Below, piece by piece: positions 12,124-24,478 of a DNA stretch of 64,000 nucleotides. Every line of letters starts with the position of its first letter. The first letter of the stretch is position 1. Below the pieces are notes generated by a model that saw only the letters and a program-made list of their open reading frames with translations, did not search any database and was not told where the DNA came from. The stretch is from Lama glama (taxonomy: Eukaryota). The DNA lies in contig CM052832.1 in the NCBI GenBank assembly GCA_028534125.1, positions 11,596,001 to 11,660,000 of the forward strand, given 5' to 3'. Position numbers and translations under genes: made by a program.

Positions 12124-13300
12124 AACCCACTTTTAAATACATTCAATCCCTAATTGAAATATGATATCATTTGTCATTTTTAATTTGCCCCAAGTCATGT
12201 TTTTCCTTAGATAGGCAGTTACTTTGGAACAACTCAAAAAACACTTGTCATATAAAAAAGGCACTAAGATGCCCTTAAAAAAATTTTTTTGGCAATTCTC
12301 AATATTACATATTAGTGTTGAAAGTATCAGAAACTTTTGAATAATTGAGAAATGCGATCAAGCTATGATATTCTTGGTTTCTAAGACTTAACAGGCGGAC
12401 ACGTGGTCCCTCAGCATCTGGGACCACAGCTGCATAAATGCTAACAAAAGAAGCCAGGTGACAGGTAAACATTTTCTTGCAGATAGTACATATCTTCAGC
12501 AATTTAAAAATACTCATGATCTTACTTGAACCTTGCAAAATTTCTATCTATCTATCCATCCATCCATCCATCCGGTTATTCCCATTTTATAGATGAGGAC
12601 GCTGAGGCCGGAGGGATTTACATCACTTGCTTCAGATCACAGGGATGTGAAAGCCAGGTCTCGAACTCCCTGATCTGTCGGTTGGAAGTGGCTGTAACAA
12701 CTACCAGCTTCCTCTCCTCCACCTCCCCATTCCCCTTATATTCTGAGGACAAACCTGGTGCTTTTGTGGTAAAATAGCTCAGAGCAATGGAGCCTGGAGT
12801 CTAGAAGGTAGGCCAAGGCTGAAGGGTTGTTGAATAGTGAGGCCCTTAGAGGGGACCTTTGTGGGGGGTGCCAGGGCAGAGGGCACTGAAGTCAGCGTCA
12901 GCAATTCTGCTCGCTGGACCGCTGAGAGACGCTCAGCGGTCATCAGTGCCTGACGGGGCCAAGGCCCCTGGAAAACCGCCTGACCAGGCTCTGTAAATGT
13001 TTAAGCACTGGGGGTGGTGGTAAGGAGTAAGTCTTGGGGTGGGGAGGGGTGTGTTCAAGCACAAGAAACACAGAAACAGAGACTTTAACCCCAGCAGTGA
13101 GCAGTCGCCCCCACCTCCATCGTGTCCTCAGAGGCCTAGAAGGGGCTGCTGGCTCAGGCCGGCAAGGCCCGGCTCAGGAGTCCTGCTCTGAGTCATTCCA
13201 AGCAAGGGGGCGGGGTGAGACCCTAGAGTCCAGGAACTGCTTTCCCCTCCCTCATCCTAATCAAGATCAGTTAAGTTGGGACTGGGCATTGAACAGGGGC

Positions 13301-13324
13301 GTGTGTGTGTGTGTGTGTGTGTGT
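13301..13324. repeat. (GT)n microsatellite
   Basis: About 12 GT units. Confidence 0.9.
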
Positions 13325-13784
13325 CTCCTTTTTGGGTCCAGTCCCTGCGGGGTGTGCAGCTGTCTGGCCTTCCTACCCCCACCCCTTTGCTATCAGCTGA
13401 TAGGGCCCCTCCATGGGCATCTGCCCTCCCAGTCCCCCTCAGATTCCTCCCGGGCACGGAGCCAGTGATCCTGAAAGTCCGAAAGTCCCCTGGCCCAGGC
13501 AGGTGGAAAATAGAGTTAGTGTGGCTGAGTCACGGGAGAGAGAATGCAGGCGGGACCTGTGTCCGAGGCCTGCTCCTCCCTCGTGGGAGGCCCCGGGCTC
13601 CCCGCGCTAGGACCGCTTGTCTTAAACCGCCAGCGCCCCTTCCTCACTGGCAGATTCACCACCACTACCGTTTGACGGCTGGGCAGGGTGTGTATTGCAG
13701 AGCTGGAATCTCATTTATCCTGTCTGCCCTGGATTTGAACTGGTTACTCTGGGCCCAGGAGATCTCTTAGCCATAGTCTGCGAC

Positions 13785-14212
13785 TGTTGGTAGCCATTTC
13801 ACATTCTCCCTCTCCTTATTCCTTGTTGTACTCTCATTGGAGGTGGCCAAGTATCCAGCTTAAAACAAACAAACGTACATTTCCCAGACTCCCTCTCAGA
13901 GTGGGGTGGTTGATGCTGTATTGTTGGGGGCCGGGGGAGGTTTTCAGGGGAAATTCATGGAAGGATACTGACTGAGCTAACACGTGCCCTTTTTTGCCCT
14001 AACTCCTGTACTCCTTCCTCCCTCAAACTTGGGTGTGCTGGCTGGAGCTTCAGCTGCTATCTTGGACTATGAAGTAACCACAGAGAGAAAAACCCATGTA
14101 AATGATGGAAAGACAGAAAGCTGGGAGGAGCCTGGGACATCATGACATCACAGAACAGTCACATAAACACTGGTCTGGCTTATCTATGGATGCCTTTCAC
14201 TTGAGAGAAAAA
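13785..14212 (+). mobile_element. Ancient ERVL/MaLR-type solo LTR fragment (LTR16/LTR33/MLT1-like)
   Basis: Motifs ACATTTCCCAGACTCCCT, GCTGGAGCTTCAGCTGCTATCTTGGACTATGA, AGAAAGCTGGGAGGAGCCTGGG. Confidence 0.6.
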
Positions 14213-14572
14213 GAGGAACTGCTGGATCATGCAGTAGCTCTATTTATACCTTTTGGAAGAAGCTTCATACTGTTTTCCATAGTAGCTGCGTAACTTTTAT
14301 TTCCACCAACAGTGCACAAGGGCTCGCTTTTCTCCACATCCTCATCAACACTAGTTATTTCTTGTCTTTTGGATAATAGCCATCCAGACAGATGTGAGAT
14401 GACATCTCATTGTGGTTTTGATTTGCATTTCCCTGATGATTAGTGATGCTGAGGGCCTTTTCGCGTACCTGTCGGCCACCTGTATGTCTTCTTTGGAAAA
14501 ATGGCTATTCAGATCCTCTGCTCATTTTTTCATCAGATTCTTTATTTTTTTGCTATTGAGTTATCTGAGTTT
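14213..14572 (-). mobile_element. LINE-1 ORF2 3' fragment
   Basis: Antisense L1 text CTCATTGTGGTTTTGATTTGCATTTCCCTGATGATTAGTGATG; closely resembles 30500-30840. Confidence 0.88.
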
Positions 14573-15217
14573 TGATCCTCATTATTTACAGATTCCATAT
14601 TTGCAAGTTGGCCAACTTGCTAAAATGTATTTGCACCCCTAAAATTAACACTCGTGGCACTTTCAAGGTCATTCACAGATATGCACAGAGGGGTGAAAAA
14701 TGTAGTTGTCCAGTGGGCATGTTCCAGCTGAGGTCAAACAAGCCATGCTCTGACTTCTCATTTCAGCACTCATACTGCAAACAGGTGTCCTTCCCACAGT
14801 CTATTTAGTGCCACATTTTCCCCATTTTTTTAGTTTTAGTTGATGATTTTGCTGTTTAAAATTGACCCCAAGTGTAGGGCTGAAGTGCTGTCTAGTGTTC
14901 CTAAGGGCAGGAAAGCTGTGATGTGCTTTACAGAGAAAACACATGTTCAGTTAGCTTTGTTCAGGCATGAGTCATGATGCCATTGACTGTGGGCTCAATG
15001 TTAATGAGTCAACAATACATATTAAATAAAATGTCTCTAAACTGAAACACACATAAAACAAGGTTATGCATTGATCAGTTGGTGAAAATGTGACCGCAGG
15101 CTCACTGGAACCTAACCTTGTATTTCCCCTAAGAGCAAATGGTTCAGTGTTCACTAATTTGGTATTTGTAGCAATTTTATAAAACATAGCCACTGCAAAT
15201 AATGGTGTGGCTGTGTA
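14573..15217 (+). mobile_element. TcMar-Tigger non-autonomous DNA transposon (MER82-like)
   Basis: Starts GATCCTCATTATTTACAGATTCCATATTTGCAA; internal CAGCTGAGGTCAAACAAG and GCTGAAGTGCTGTCTAGTGTTCCTAAG; ends GCAAATAATG...CTGTGTA. Confidence 0.75.
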
Positions 15218-15650
15218 TACATATATGCCCCAGCTGTCTTTCCAGGGGGCCTAGAAGTAATGACACCCCAGTAACAATAGCCCAGTAAGCACCCAGATCT
15301 GTTTCTAGATACTATCCTTAGAAACTAGGGCTCTTTGTAGAAATGGCTGATTCCAGGGCTGGAGCAGAGAAAGCACATATGAACCTGGCACATTTTCTTG
15401 TGCCAGAAAGTAAGGAAATGCTCAAAGAATAATGGGGCTTCGTCAAAGGACACAGGAGCCAGCCTCAAAGGAGTTTGTCTGGCCCTGTCTGGGACAATCT
15501 GAACACCAAGTGCTGGGTTCAGTTTCTAGCACCTCCATTAAAAAAACAGAGAGAGAGAGAATGTATGATGATCTGTGTCTGGTCAGAGGAAAACATCAGA
15601 TGACCCCAAGTTGAGGGCCATGGAGCAGAATAGAAAGCCTGAACTCTTTT

Positions 15651-16078
15651 TTTACTGGTGTATCTTATTTTATTTTATTTGTGAGTTTTATTGAGATATA
15701 GTTGAAATATAATATCGTATTATATTAAGGTGTACAACATAATGACTTGATATGTGGCTGTATTGTGAAATGATCACCATGATAAGTTTGATTAACATCT
15801 ATCTCCTCACAATTACAATGTTTCTCTTGGGGTTCTTTGGGGGGGGGACGGCAGGTAATTAGGTTTATTTATTTATTTTAATGGAGGTCCTGGGGATTGA
15901 ACCCGGGACCTCCTGCATGCTAAGCATGCACTCTGCCCTCCAATTTTTCTTGTAATGAAAGCTCAAGATCTACTTTCTTAGCAACTTTCAAAAATACAAT
16001 ATGGTATTGTTAACTATAGTCACGTGCTGTACATTACATCCCCAGACTTATTTATCTTATAACTGGAAATTTGTACCC
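15651..16078 (-). mobile_element. LINE-1 3' end inserted into L1MC, itself carrying a SINE
   Basis: T-rich tail then TTGAGATATAGTTGA...GGTGTACAACATAATGA...CTTAGCAACTTTCAA; target-site duplication GAACTCTTTT at 15641-15650 and 16079-16088. Confidence 0.82.
15831..15941 (-). mobile_element. tRNA-derived SINE (vic-1-like), A-box region deleted
   Basis: Reverse strand GGAGGGCAGAGTGCATGCTTAGCATGCAGGAGGTCCCGGGTTCAATCCCCAGGACCTCCATTAAAATAAATAAATAAACCTAATTACC. Confidence 0.85.
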
Positions 16079-17328
16079 GAACTCTTTTGCAATGGTAAGG
16101 ATGCAAAAGGCAGAAAATGACAGAGAAATCTTTAGATTATAGAAGATGGATGCACCATGACAACTAAATGCAATGCATGGTCCTGGATTCCATCCTGAAC
16201 TACAAGAGGAAAAAGACATTGTTGGGTCAGTGGACAACATTGGAGCAGGGTTTGTAGATTGAATGGTAGCATCTTACTAATGCCAGTTCCCTACGCTGGA
16301 GACCCATAGAATGATTCATACAGGAGATTATTCTCGTTTTTAGGAGTGATGGGTAGCATGTCTGCAGCTTGCTCTTAAATTCAGAAGAAGATTAATGGAT
16401 GTTCATTAAAAGAGAGAGGGTGACAAAGCAAATGTAGAGAAATGTTAAAGAATTTGGGTGAAAGGAACAAGGGAGTTCTTAGTACTGTTCTTGCAAAGTT
16501 TCTGTAAAGTTGAAATGATCTCAAAGTAAATTATTTAAAAATTTTTCAAAAGAAGTTCACCCAAGTGCTTTGCAAACTGCATGGAAGGTTAGGAGGGGAC
16601 TGTTGTTATAGGATGTGTTAGAATGTGGGATTATTCCCAGAGGGTATGCTGTGGGGAGGGTGGCTGGTGTTGCCATGAAGTGTGTTCTTATTTATTTTCC
16701 ATCCCCCAGATTAACCCCTTCTCCCCGGGGGCAACAGGTGATGCAACCCTCACTGTGGTGAGGGAAGGGCCACACCTGAGCAAACACTGAGCCAGGGCTC
16801 AGCTGGGATGAAGGCTGCGCCGAAGTGTTTGTGACTCTCCATGCCTTATCATCCCTTCCTGTCACAACTGAGTGTTTGCCTGCCATCTGTTTATACAGAC
16901 ACTTATAAAACAACACGGCCTCATGCCTGGCTTGCTCAGAACCTTGGGAATATCGATACAGAGATGCTCACTGAAACAACTTGCTTCCTGCTTCCCTGGC
17001 TGGGTTTTCCCACCCTGTGTGGTCCTCTGTCTCAGAGTGGAGAGGGGCCTCAGAACAAAGAGTAGAGAACTTCCAACATAAAGTCATCCAGCAAGGTCGT
17101 GACAGGGTGGAGCTGACTGCAATTCAATGCTATAGGTATTTACTATGGGCCTAAAATGGGCAAGGGCTGACCCAGGGCAATGAACAGGCATTTCTTTAAG
17201 CTCTGCTGTGCAAGGAGCCTGCAGTCAGGCATGGAGAGGCAGGATAAAGGAAGCCATCAAGCCACCACCATTGCCGCCATGATCATCATCATCACCACCA
17301 CGGCCACCACCATCAGCGTCATCATCAC

Positions 17329-17781
17329 TGTGATGGGCTGAGTTGCATCCTCCCCCAAAATGCTGACGTCCTAACTCCCAGTACTCAAACGGTGACCTTA
17401 TTTGAAAACAGGGTCTTTACAGATGATCAGATAAGATGAGGTCATTAGGGGGGCCCTAATCCAATGTGGCTGGTGTCCTTATAAAAAGGGGGAACTTGGA
17501 CACAGAAAGAGAGACAATACCATGGGGGAATACCATGTGAAAGCAGAGATTGGGTTCATGAGTCTACAAGCCAAAGAACAGCAGACATTGCCATCAACCC
17601 TAAGAGAGAGGAATGGAACAGATTCTCCCTCCTACTCTCAGAAGGAGCCAGCCTTGCCAACACTTGAGCTGAGACTTACATGTCCTGTGAGACAATAAAG
17701 AACAGTGAGACACTAAATTTCTGTTCTTTGAACCTCCCAGTTCATGGTACCTTGTTATAGCAGCTCTGGGGAACAAATACA
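17329..17781 (+). mobile_element. MaLR solo LTR (MLT1C-like), near full length, inside a (CAY)n low-complexity tract
   Basis: TGTGATGGGCTGAGTTG...GGGCCCTAATCCAATGTGGCTGGTGTCCTTATAAAAAGGGG...TTGTTATAGCAGCTCTGGGGAACAAATACA with TG...CA ends; CAC/CAT repeats at ~17262-17328 and ~17785-17870. Confidence 0.85.
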
Positions 17782-18831
17782 GTCCACATCACCATCAGCA
17801 GCAGCGTTACCACCACCACTACCACCCTCAACACCATTATCATCATCATCACCACCACCATCATCACCATTGTCAACTAACTACTCTAGATGGAGCTGAG
17901 CATACGCCATCCTTGTTCTGGGCACTTGATTTAATAAGCTCATCTGACCCTTTCCACAGCACTATGAGGTAGGAACCATTAATATCCCCATTTTGCATAG
18001 ACAACAAAACTGAAGCTCAGAAAGCTTAAATCATTTTCCCAAGGCCACACAGCCAGAAAGTGTCTGTTCATTGGCCTCAACGCTCCCCTGGGACTGCTCC
18101 CTTCCTCTCACATCAACAGCCACCTTTCTCCTCAGTCGTCAGCTGCTGTGCCTAGGTCCTATGCCCATCACCTGCTGTAAGTCTGCTTTAATTAAGCAAA
18201 TGCTTCAGCATCACTCCCCTGCTTCTCAGGCCCTTAGGGACACATAGGAGCTCACGGGGCTCGTGTGCTGGGGTGGTGCCATGCATGGAGTCCTGCCCTT
18301 GGTCCTGGTCCACTCTTTGCCCTTAGACTGCCTGTGTCCCCACAGACAAGACTATCCCAGCCCTGACACCAGCAACCTTCAGCAGGGGTGTCAATCACCT
18401 TCGGATGCAGTATTCAGGTGGACAGTGATATGTTTTTATCGCTCCTGTTGATAACCAGTGGCATTAGTCAGGTACACAGTAATCATGACTCAGAAGGAAA
18501 TTGATCTGGGCTGCGCGCAGGGATTCCCAGCGGCTATCAGAAAGGGTCTGGGGGAGTTTGAATCTCCATGATTGATGACAGCACATGGTGCCCTGCATTT
18601 CTCATTGTCCCTGGCACCATTCTTAGCACATCAAAATGCTTTCCTCAGTGTTTATTGAATTATTTTGACATATTTTCAACCCAACTAGAGCCCCTAACCT
18701 TTTTCATTTATCAAACTTACTTGTCCTTCTGCCATCCTTTCCCATCTTTATCCTAATGTTTCTTTCTGGTGGATCAGTTTCAAAAGTTCCAGTGGTGTTC
18801 TCAGGTTTGGGCCCGTCGCTGATAATTTTAT

Positions 18832-19135
18832 AGCCTATTGCCCCACTGTTTGCAGAACCTGTGGCTGTTTGCAGGACTTGCAGGCACTTGCAGGCACTTG
18901 CAGTCTGAGGGTGTTCACAGAGCTTGTCTCCTTTTGCAAAGCCTATAGCTGTTCACACTTCCCACAGCTATTTGCAGAGCCTATCCCTGTTTCAGAGTCC
19001 CTAGTTTGGAAATGTCTTTAAAATTTTAAATCACAATTTAAAATTGTCATTGTTTTAAAGTATATAGCTGTTTGCAGAACTTGAAAGTGTTTACAGAGCC
19101 TGCAGCTGCTTGTGGGACACTCTGTTATTTGCAGA
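18832..19135 (+). repeat. Degenerate 19-bp-period minisatellite (consensus ~RCCTRYAGCTGTTTGCAGA)
   Basis: Core motifs at 18847/18866, 18912/18931/18950/18969/18988 and 19069/19088/19107/19126, exactly 19 nt apart within each block. Confidence 0.8.
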
Positions 19136-19383
19136 TGCTGTCGGTGTGTGCAAGACATGTTGAGGTTGATCCCTATGCCTGCTGAATGCTTGGTTTCTGG
19201 CTGGGCTCTTCTCCTTGAGCTAATATTGGGCACATCTTATCAAAGCAGGGACTGCGTGTCCAGTGTCAGGTGCCAAGGGATTCAAAGTTACTGAAGTATA
19301 AGGAAAGACCCCTGGGAGAAGAGGCTTTCTATATAGTTGTGGAACAATCATGGAACATACATGAAGCGCCTTGAGAACAACCC

Positions 19384-19425
19384 ACACACATACACACACA
19401 CACACACAAACACACACATACACAC
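19384..19425. repeat. Imperfect (CA)n microsatellite
   Basis: ACACACATACACACACACACACACAAACACACACATACACAC. Confidence 0.9.
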
Positions 19426-20510
19426 AAAAAGTGGGAGGGTGTCAGTTACTTACAGGATCAGCCCAAATGGTCCCCACATACATCTGGAGCAGCGCAGCTA
19501 CACTTCAAGCAGACCCCTCACGTGCCGTACACCATTCCCACCCCTGCCTGTGGATTTCAAGCTGCACCTCCCAGTCCCCCCTCATCAGACCAAATTGCAC
19601 AACTATCTCTGTCCTTTCTTTTCCTCATTAAAACTCCTTTATCTTAGGGTCCTGATCCTAGCTAACAATCAAGGAGAAAAGAAACCTGAAAAATGAATTT
19701 GCAACAAGTTCTTAGCTGCTGGGACGTGCCACCATGATGGGACATTTACATTTTGAAGTACGATCCTTGTAGGCTGCTATGCCTTCTCCCAATGGCAACC
19801 ACCCCTCCACCCCCGCCGATGGTGAGATCTGGGCACAGTGGCAGGCAGCGGGCATGAACGGGGTGCATGGCAACCTGGTTGCCCAAGAAGGCTCACCCCA
19901 CAGGCACGCCCCACTTTTGGGCCACAGCTGTAGTCCAACTGAATCTTTGTTAATCGAATCCTCTTTTTCCAGTGACTCATATGCCCATTTCAGAGCAAGG
20001 ATGCAGCCGGAATAAGAAGTGGTTCCAGTCTAGGTATGAGCTGAAGGAGGATTCAGCTGGTCCAAGGCAGTGCTTGTTACTGAATAGAAAGATCTGCCTC
20101 TCTATGTGTTCCTGTGCACTTGCTTCCTTAAACATCGACTTGGACTCTGACTCAGTACATGTAATTGATGGCTGTTTGGTTCTAGTCCACAATTCAGAGG
20201 CTGGACCAGTTCTCTCCAGTTTCTGTCTCACCCCTAGGATCAGTTTGCCTCCTTGTCTCCACGAAACTTCCTGCTCCTCTCCAAGAGCCCTGAAGCAAGG
20301 CACAGCTGCCAACATTTTGGTTTTACAGCCTGGGAACAGGAGCAGGGCAGTTTGATGCATTTGGGAGAAGACAGCAGACATCTGGGAACTCTGACCCCTG
20401 AATATGGCTCTTCAGATTCCTGAATTTCTGGTCCTTTGTCCTCACTGCCTTCTGGGCTTGTTCATCCAGGTGTGCCAAGACCATCTTCTTACACATAAAA
20501 AACCCAAGGT

Positions 20511-20637
20511 GGGGAGGGTATAGCTTAGTGATAGAGTGCATGTCTAGCATGCACAAGGTCCTGGGTTCAATCCTCAGTAACTCCACTAAAAATAAATAAA
20601 TAAATAAACCTAATTACCCTCCCCCCCCAAAAAATAA
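20511..20637 (+). mobile_element. tRNA-derived SINE (vic-1-like), full length
   Basis: GGGGAGGGTATAGCTTAGTGATAGAGTGCATGTCTAGCATGCACAAGGTCCTGGGTTCAATCC with A and B boxes and A-rich tail; ~15-bp TSD AAAAA(A/G)CCCAAGGTG at 20497-20511 and 20638-20652. Confidence 0.9.
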
Positions 20638-21142
20638 AAAAAGCCCAAGGTGAGCTCATTATCTCTCCCCGTCCACCGTACACGTGCCACCTTACTCCCT
20701 ACTTTGCAATCTACCCAGTTGCCTAGGCAAAATGAATTCTTTCTCTCTGGGACCTGGTAATCCAACCTTTGAAAGGTCCTTTACTCTCCACCTTCTGCTC
20801 TCTGTGCAGCATCCCCATCTCATCCTTATCAGGGCAAGATAGCAGCATCCTTCCCGCTGTCACCAGCTCCCATCCAGACGCCAAGGATCAGCATTCAGTC
20901 AGTCAACAGTATTGACTGAGCACCGTAACGTGCCCATCATGAGGGATGCCACAGAGAACAAGAGAGACACAGCCACGCTTCAAGGAGCTTGTAGGCAGTG
21001 GAGTTTTTCTTTTGAGTACTTGCCTGGAAAGAATGCGTCTCTGCTGTTTGGTTTTTAATGTTTTTAATACACAAGCAACAGGTGGTCACTGAGAAAGAAC
21101 TTGAAAATGCACTTAAGTATAACCAAGAAAATAAAAATCACT

Positions 21143-21311
21143 CTTTTTTTACTGAGACATAGTTGACATATAAATTGAGTGAGTTTAAAATGTACAGTGT
21201 GTTGATCTGATACATTTATATATTGCAATATGATTACTACCAGAGCATTAGCTTACCTCCATCATGTCACATATTTCGTGGTGAAAACATTTAAGATCTC
21301 TTAGCAACTTG
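21143..21311 (-). mobile_element. Short LINE-1 3' end
   Basis: TTTACTGAGACATAGTTGACATA...AAAACATTTAAGATCTCTTAGCAACTT; flanked by duplicated TCACTCTTTT. Confidence 0.75.
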
Positions 21312-22264
21312 TAAAATTCACTCTTTTAAACCTACCAACCTTTCCAGCACCTACTACCTCCTCCTACTCCCCCCCCAAAAAACATTGTTCATCTTTTGGT
21401 GTATTTCTTTCCAGACATTTTTCTTGTTCCTACTTGAATATTTTAAAGCACCACTAATGTCCTTTCCCAGCTCGAATATATTTCTTTATTCAGCAAATAT
21501 TGATTCTTAAGCATATGCCAGGCACTGGGCTGGGTGCTGAGATGGACAATCTAGTGGAGAAGACAGATATCAAAAGAAGAATCACAGAGAAGAATATATG
21601 ATTCTCAACTGTGACGCTTCCCAGGAAGCCAGGGTGTAGGGAAGCACGAGTGCATGTGATGGGGCCATCAGCTGGTCACGGGGACTTGGAGAGGTCAGAG
21701 AAGTCGTCTCCAAAAAAGAGTAGGCTCGCCACGATGGAGGTAGAGGGGAGAGTGTTTGGGGAGGTAGAGACTGAATTCGTGAATAGGCTGATTTCTTCAT
21801 TTGCTAAGCTGTACAGTGTCCAGGGCCCACCATACTAAAAGAAACCCATGCAAAGGTTTTAATTTCTTTCAAAATCAGAAGGGAAAAAATGGACTTTTAA
21901 GTTGAAGAAAATCTTTTAAATATAATATTCATACATTGGTATTTATATTAATACATTCATAAAATATAATTTATCTAAGAAGGGACCCCACAAAGGCAAA
22001 AGAGCCCTTGAAAATCACCGTGTGGTCTTGGTGTGAAGGCCCACGTGGCTGAAGCAGAGAGAGTAGACTGAGAATGTGGTGGCCGGTTAAGGTGGTGGGA
22101 GATGTGACCCGAGGGGCGGGCAGGGGCTGGGTCTGGAGGCCATGGGAGGAATGCAGGGCTTTATCCTCAACAAGAAAACAGAAATGACAAGACACTTTCA
22201 ACATTTTATTTAGTCTCTAAAAAGAAAGTGTCTTTTTTTAAACCACAATACCATAAAAATATGA

Positions 22265-22394
22265 ATATCTGGGAATGAATAATGGTAGTGGTTGCACGAT
22301 ATTGTATATGTACTTAATGCCACTGTACTGTACATTTAAAAAGTTAGAGTGGTAAATTTTATATTATGTCTATTTTACCACAAGAAAAAAAAAA
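22265..22394 (+). mobile_element. L1MB-type 3' end with A tail
   Basis: GGTAGTGGTTGCACGATATTGTATATGTACTTAATGCCACTG...GGTAAATTTTATATTATG...TTTTACCACAAGAAAAAAAAAA. Confidence 0.78.
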
Positions 22395-24478
22395 CTAGAG
22401 GCAGCAGATAGCCAGCAGTCTGGGAAAAATTAACCAAAACTCCTTAATATCATCAAATGTCCATTTGATGTTCACATTTCCAATTGTCTCATAAATTGAG
22501 AGAGCTGTTTTGTTTATCACTGTTTGAATCAAGAACCAAATAAAGTCTGCACATGCAATTGATTGCTCTCTTTCAAGTCTCTTGCAATCCATAGGTGTCT
22601 GCTCAATTTTTCTCCCTCCTTCCCAATTTTTTTTTCTTGTTACTCATTTGTCAAAACAACCAGGCAATTACATCCCTGTGGTGTAGTTTAACACATTCCT
22701 TGGTCCCCTGTATTTCCTAGGAATGGTGGTTGGATCTAGAGAATTGATCAGATTCAAGTTCAGTTTTTGGCAAGTCTGCTTCAGGCTGGTGTTGGGTACT
22801 TCCCATGGGGGCAATGCTGTGTCTCTCTTCCAGGGAGGTTGACAGCCACTGATGGTCACTGTGTAGGATAGGAGTCCCTCAGGGGGTCATGGCCTTCTGC
22901 CAACAGGTGAAGAGGGGGACAGCAGGTTGGTGGTGGGCCCAGTGTCTCCCTGTCCATCAGGGAGGGACTTGCTGATAAAGGAAGTGGCAGTCGTGGTCCC
23001 CGGGCTTTTTTCTCTCCACCACGTCTGAGCACCAGCAGTCCTCTCCTGTGGTAGGGAGCCTCTCCTGTAGGAACCTGCTCCTGGCAACTGGAGACCACCT
23101 CAGTGGGGCTTTCTCTATGCCTCAGGTTTTCAGTTTGGAACTCAGCAGCAGGGCCAGCACAGCTGTGCCCCAGCAGACTTTGGAGGGAAATGGGTGCTAG
23201 AGGAGCCAAGCTTACGTGGGCCCCAATCTGTGTAAGGGCTGAGGCCTCTGCTGTTAGACCAGCCTGGGTCCCAGTCCTGGCTTCCCCATGTACCAGATTG
23301 GGCAAGTTACTTCTCCTCCCTGAGCCTCAGTTCCCTCCTGGGCAAAATGGGGAGAATGACCAGGCTTACCTTAGAGGGTCCTTGTGAGGTTAAACGCAGT
23401 GCTGTGTTTACATGCTAAAAGCAGTGCCTGGCCCGTGAGTACAGAGTATCTGTGACTCACGTCATGGCATCGCTTAGGACTAGTCCCCTCCTTGCTCTCC
23501 AGTAAGGTAGTAAGAGGGAAGGGGCTAGGATCGTTCACCTTCAGTAAGTTCCTTGAACTGGACCCCAATCAGTGGCTTTTCCAGACCAGGCCAGCTTGGG
23601 TCCCTCACACAAGGTTAGGAAGATTTGGGTGGCTGGTTTGGGGAGGGGGTGCTTTGTGACCAGGGACAGGGATTCCGGTCCCTTACGATAGTAAATGAAT
23701 AGTCACTTACCTGCTACAAGCTCCCTTGTAATAATAAGGTATAGGGTCCAGAGGCTTGGAGCCCCAGGGCCTGGTAAGCCATCGACCAGAAATGCACTTC
23801 TCAGAACTCAAAGGCCAAAGTCCTGTGAGTTCTGTTCATGGCCCAGCTCGCTCCTGGGCGTTGGCTCAGGAGGCAGAAATTCCAAGAATCCCAGTTCCTC
23901 CTTCCCTTTGGCATCCTCCTCATCCTTCTCCCTTCACCGCCCCCTTATCCACCAATCCTCCTGCCCTCCTCCCCACCCTGTCCCTGGACAAGTGGCCAGT
24001 TGTCTCTGGGATCTGATGTATCTCGGGGGCGGCCACGTTGGGGCCAGATGGTGCTGTCATGAGCATGAAACAGTGGGTCTGAACAAGGCTTTCTGGGGCA
24101 GCCGAGAGCAGCCAGAGGGTGAGGGAGGTTAGGAAGGCAGACTGAGGGGAAGGCTCAGGTGTCAGCCCAGGACTCAGGCAGTGGGGGGTGGGAGGCAGAT
24201 CATCCTGGGTGCCAAATTCCAGAACGCAGCAAGTCTTGCTTATGGCAGGATGAAGCAGCGGAGCTCCTCCGAAAACAGTGACAAACCCCCAGATCACAAA
24301 ACTGCTAGCTTCTTCACATCTCCCGAGTCGTCCCTGCCTCTCACCACCCCTGCTCCTGCATTTCTTCTGGTCCCCACCATCTCACCTCTGGACTTTTGCC
24401 GTCACCTCCTAAAGGACACAGCTGCCAGGGTGAGCTCTTGCTACAGTGATCAGGACACCTACTTTCTTAAAACCTTTC

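Larger units (their letters stand above)
15220..16550 (+). mobile_element. Old L1MC-type 3' UTR, interrupted by a younger L1 and a SINE
   Basis: GTGCCAGAAAGTAAGGAAATGCTCAAAG...GGACACAG before the insertion, resuming at 16079 with GACAACTAAATGCAATGCATGGTCCTGGATT and GTACTGTTCTTGCAAAGTTTCTGTAA. Confidence 0.7.

Noticed and set aside
17262..17870. Poly-His/Thr coding sequence from (CAC/CAT)n
   Set aside because: Low-complexity tract split by an MLT1 LTR, with no splice or ORF support.
18832..19135. CRISPR-like array
   Set aside because: Mammalian DNA, degenerate contiguous 19-bp units without unique spacers, and no cas genes.
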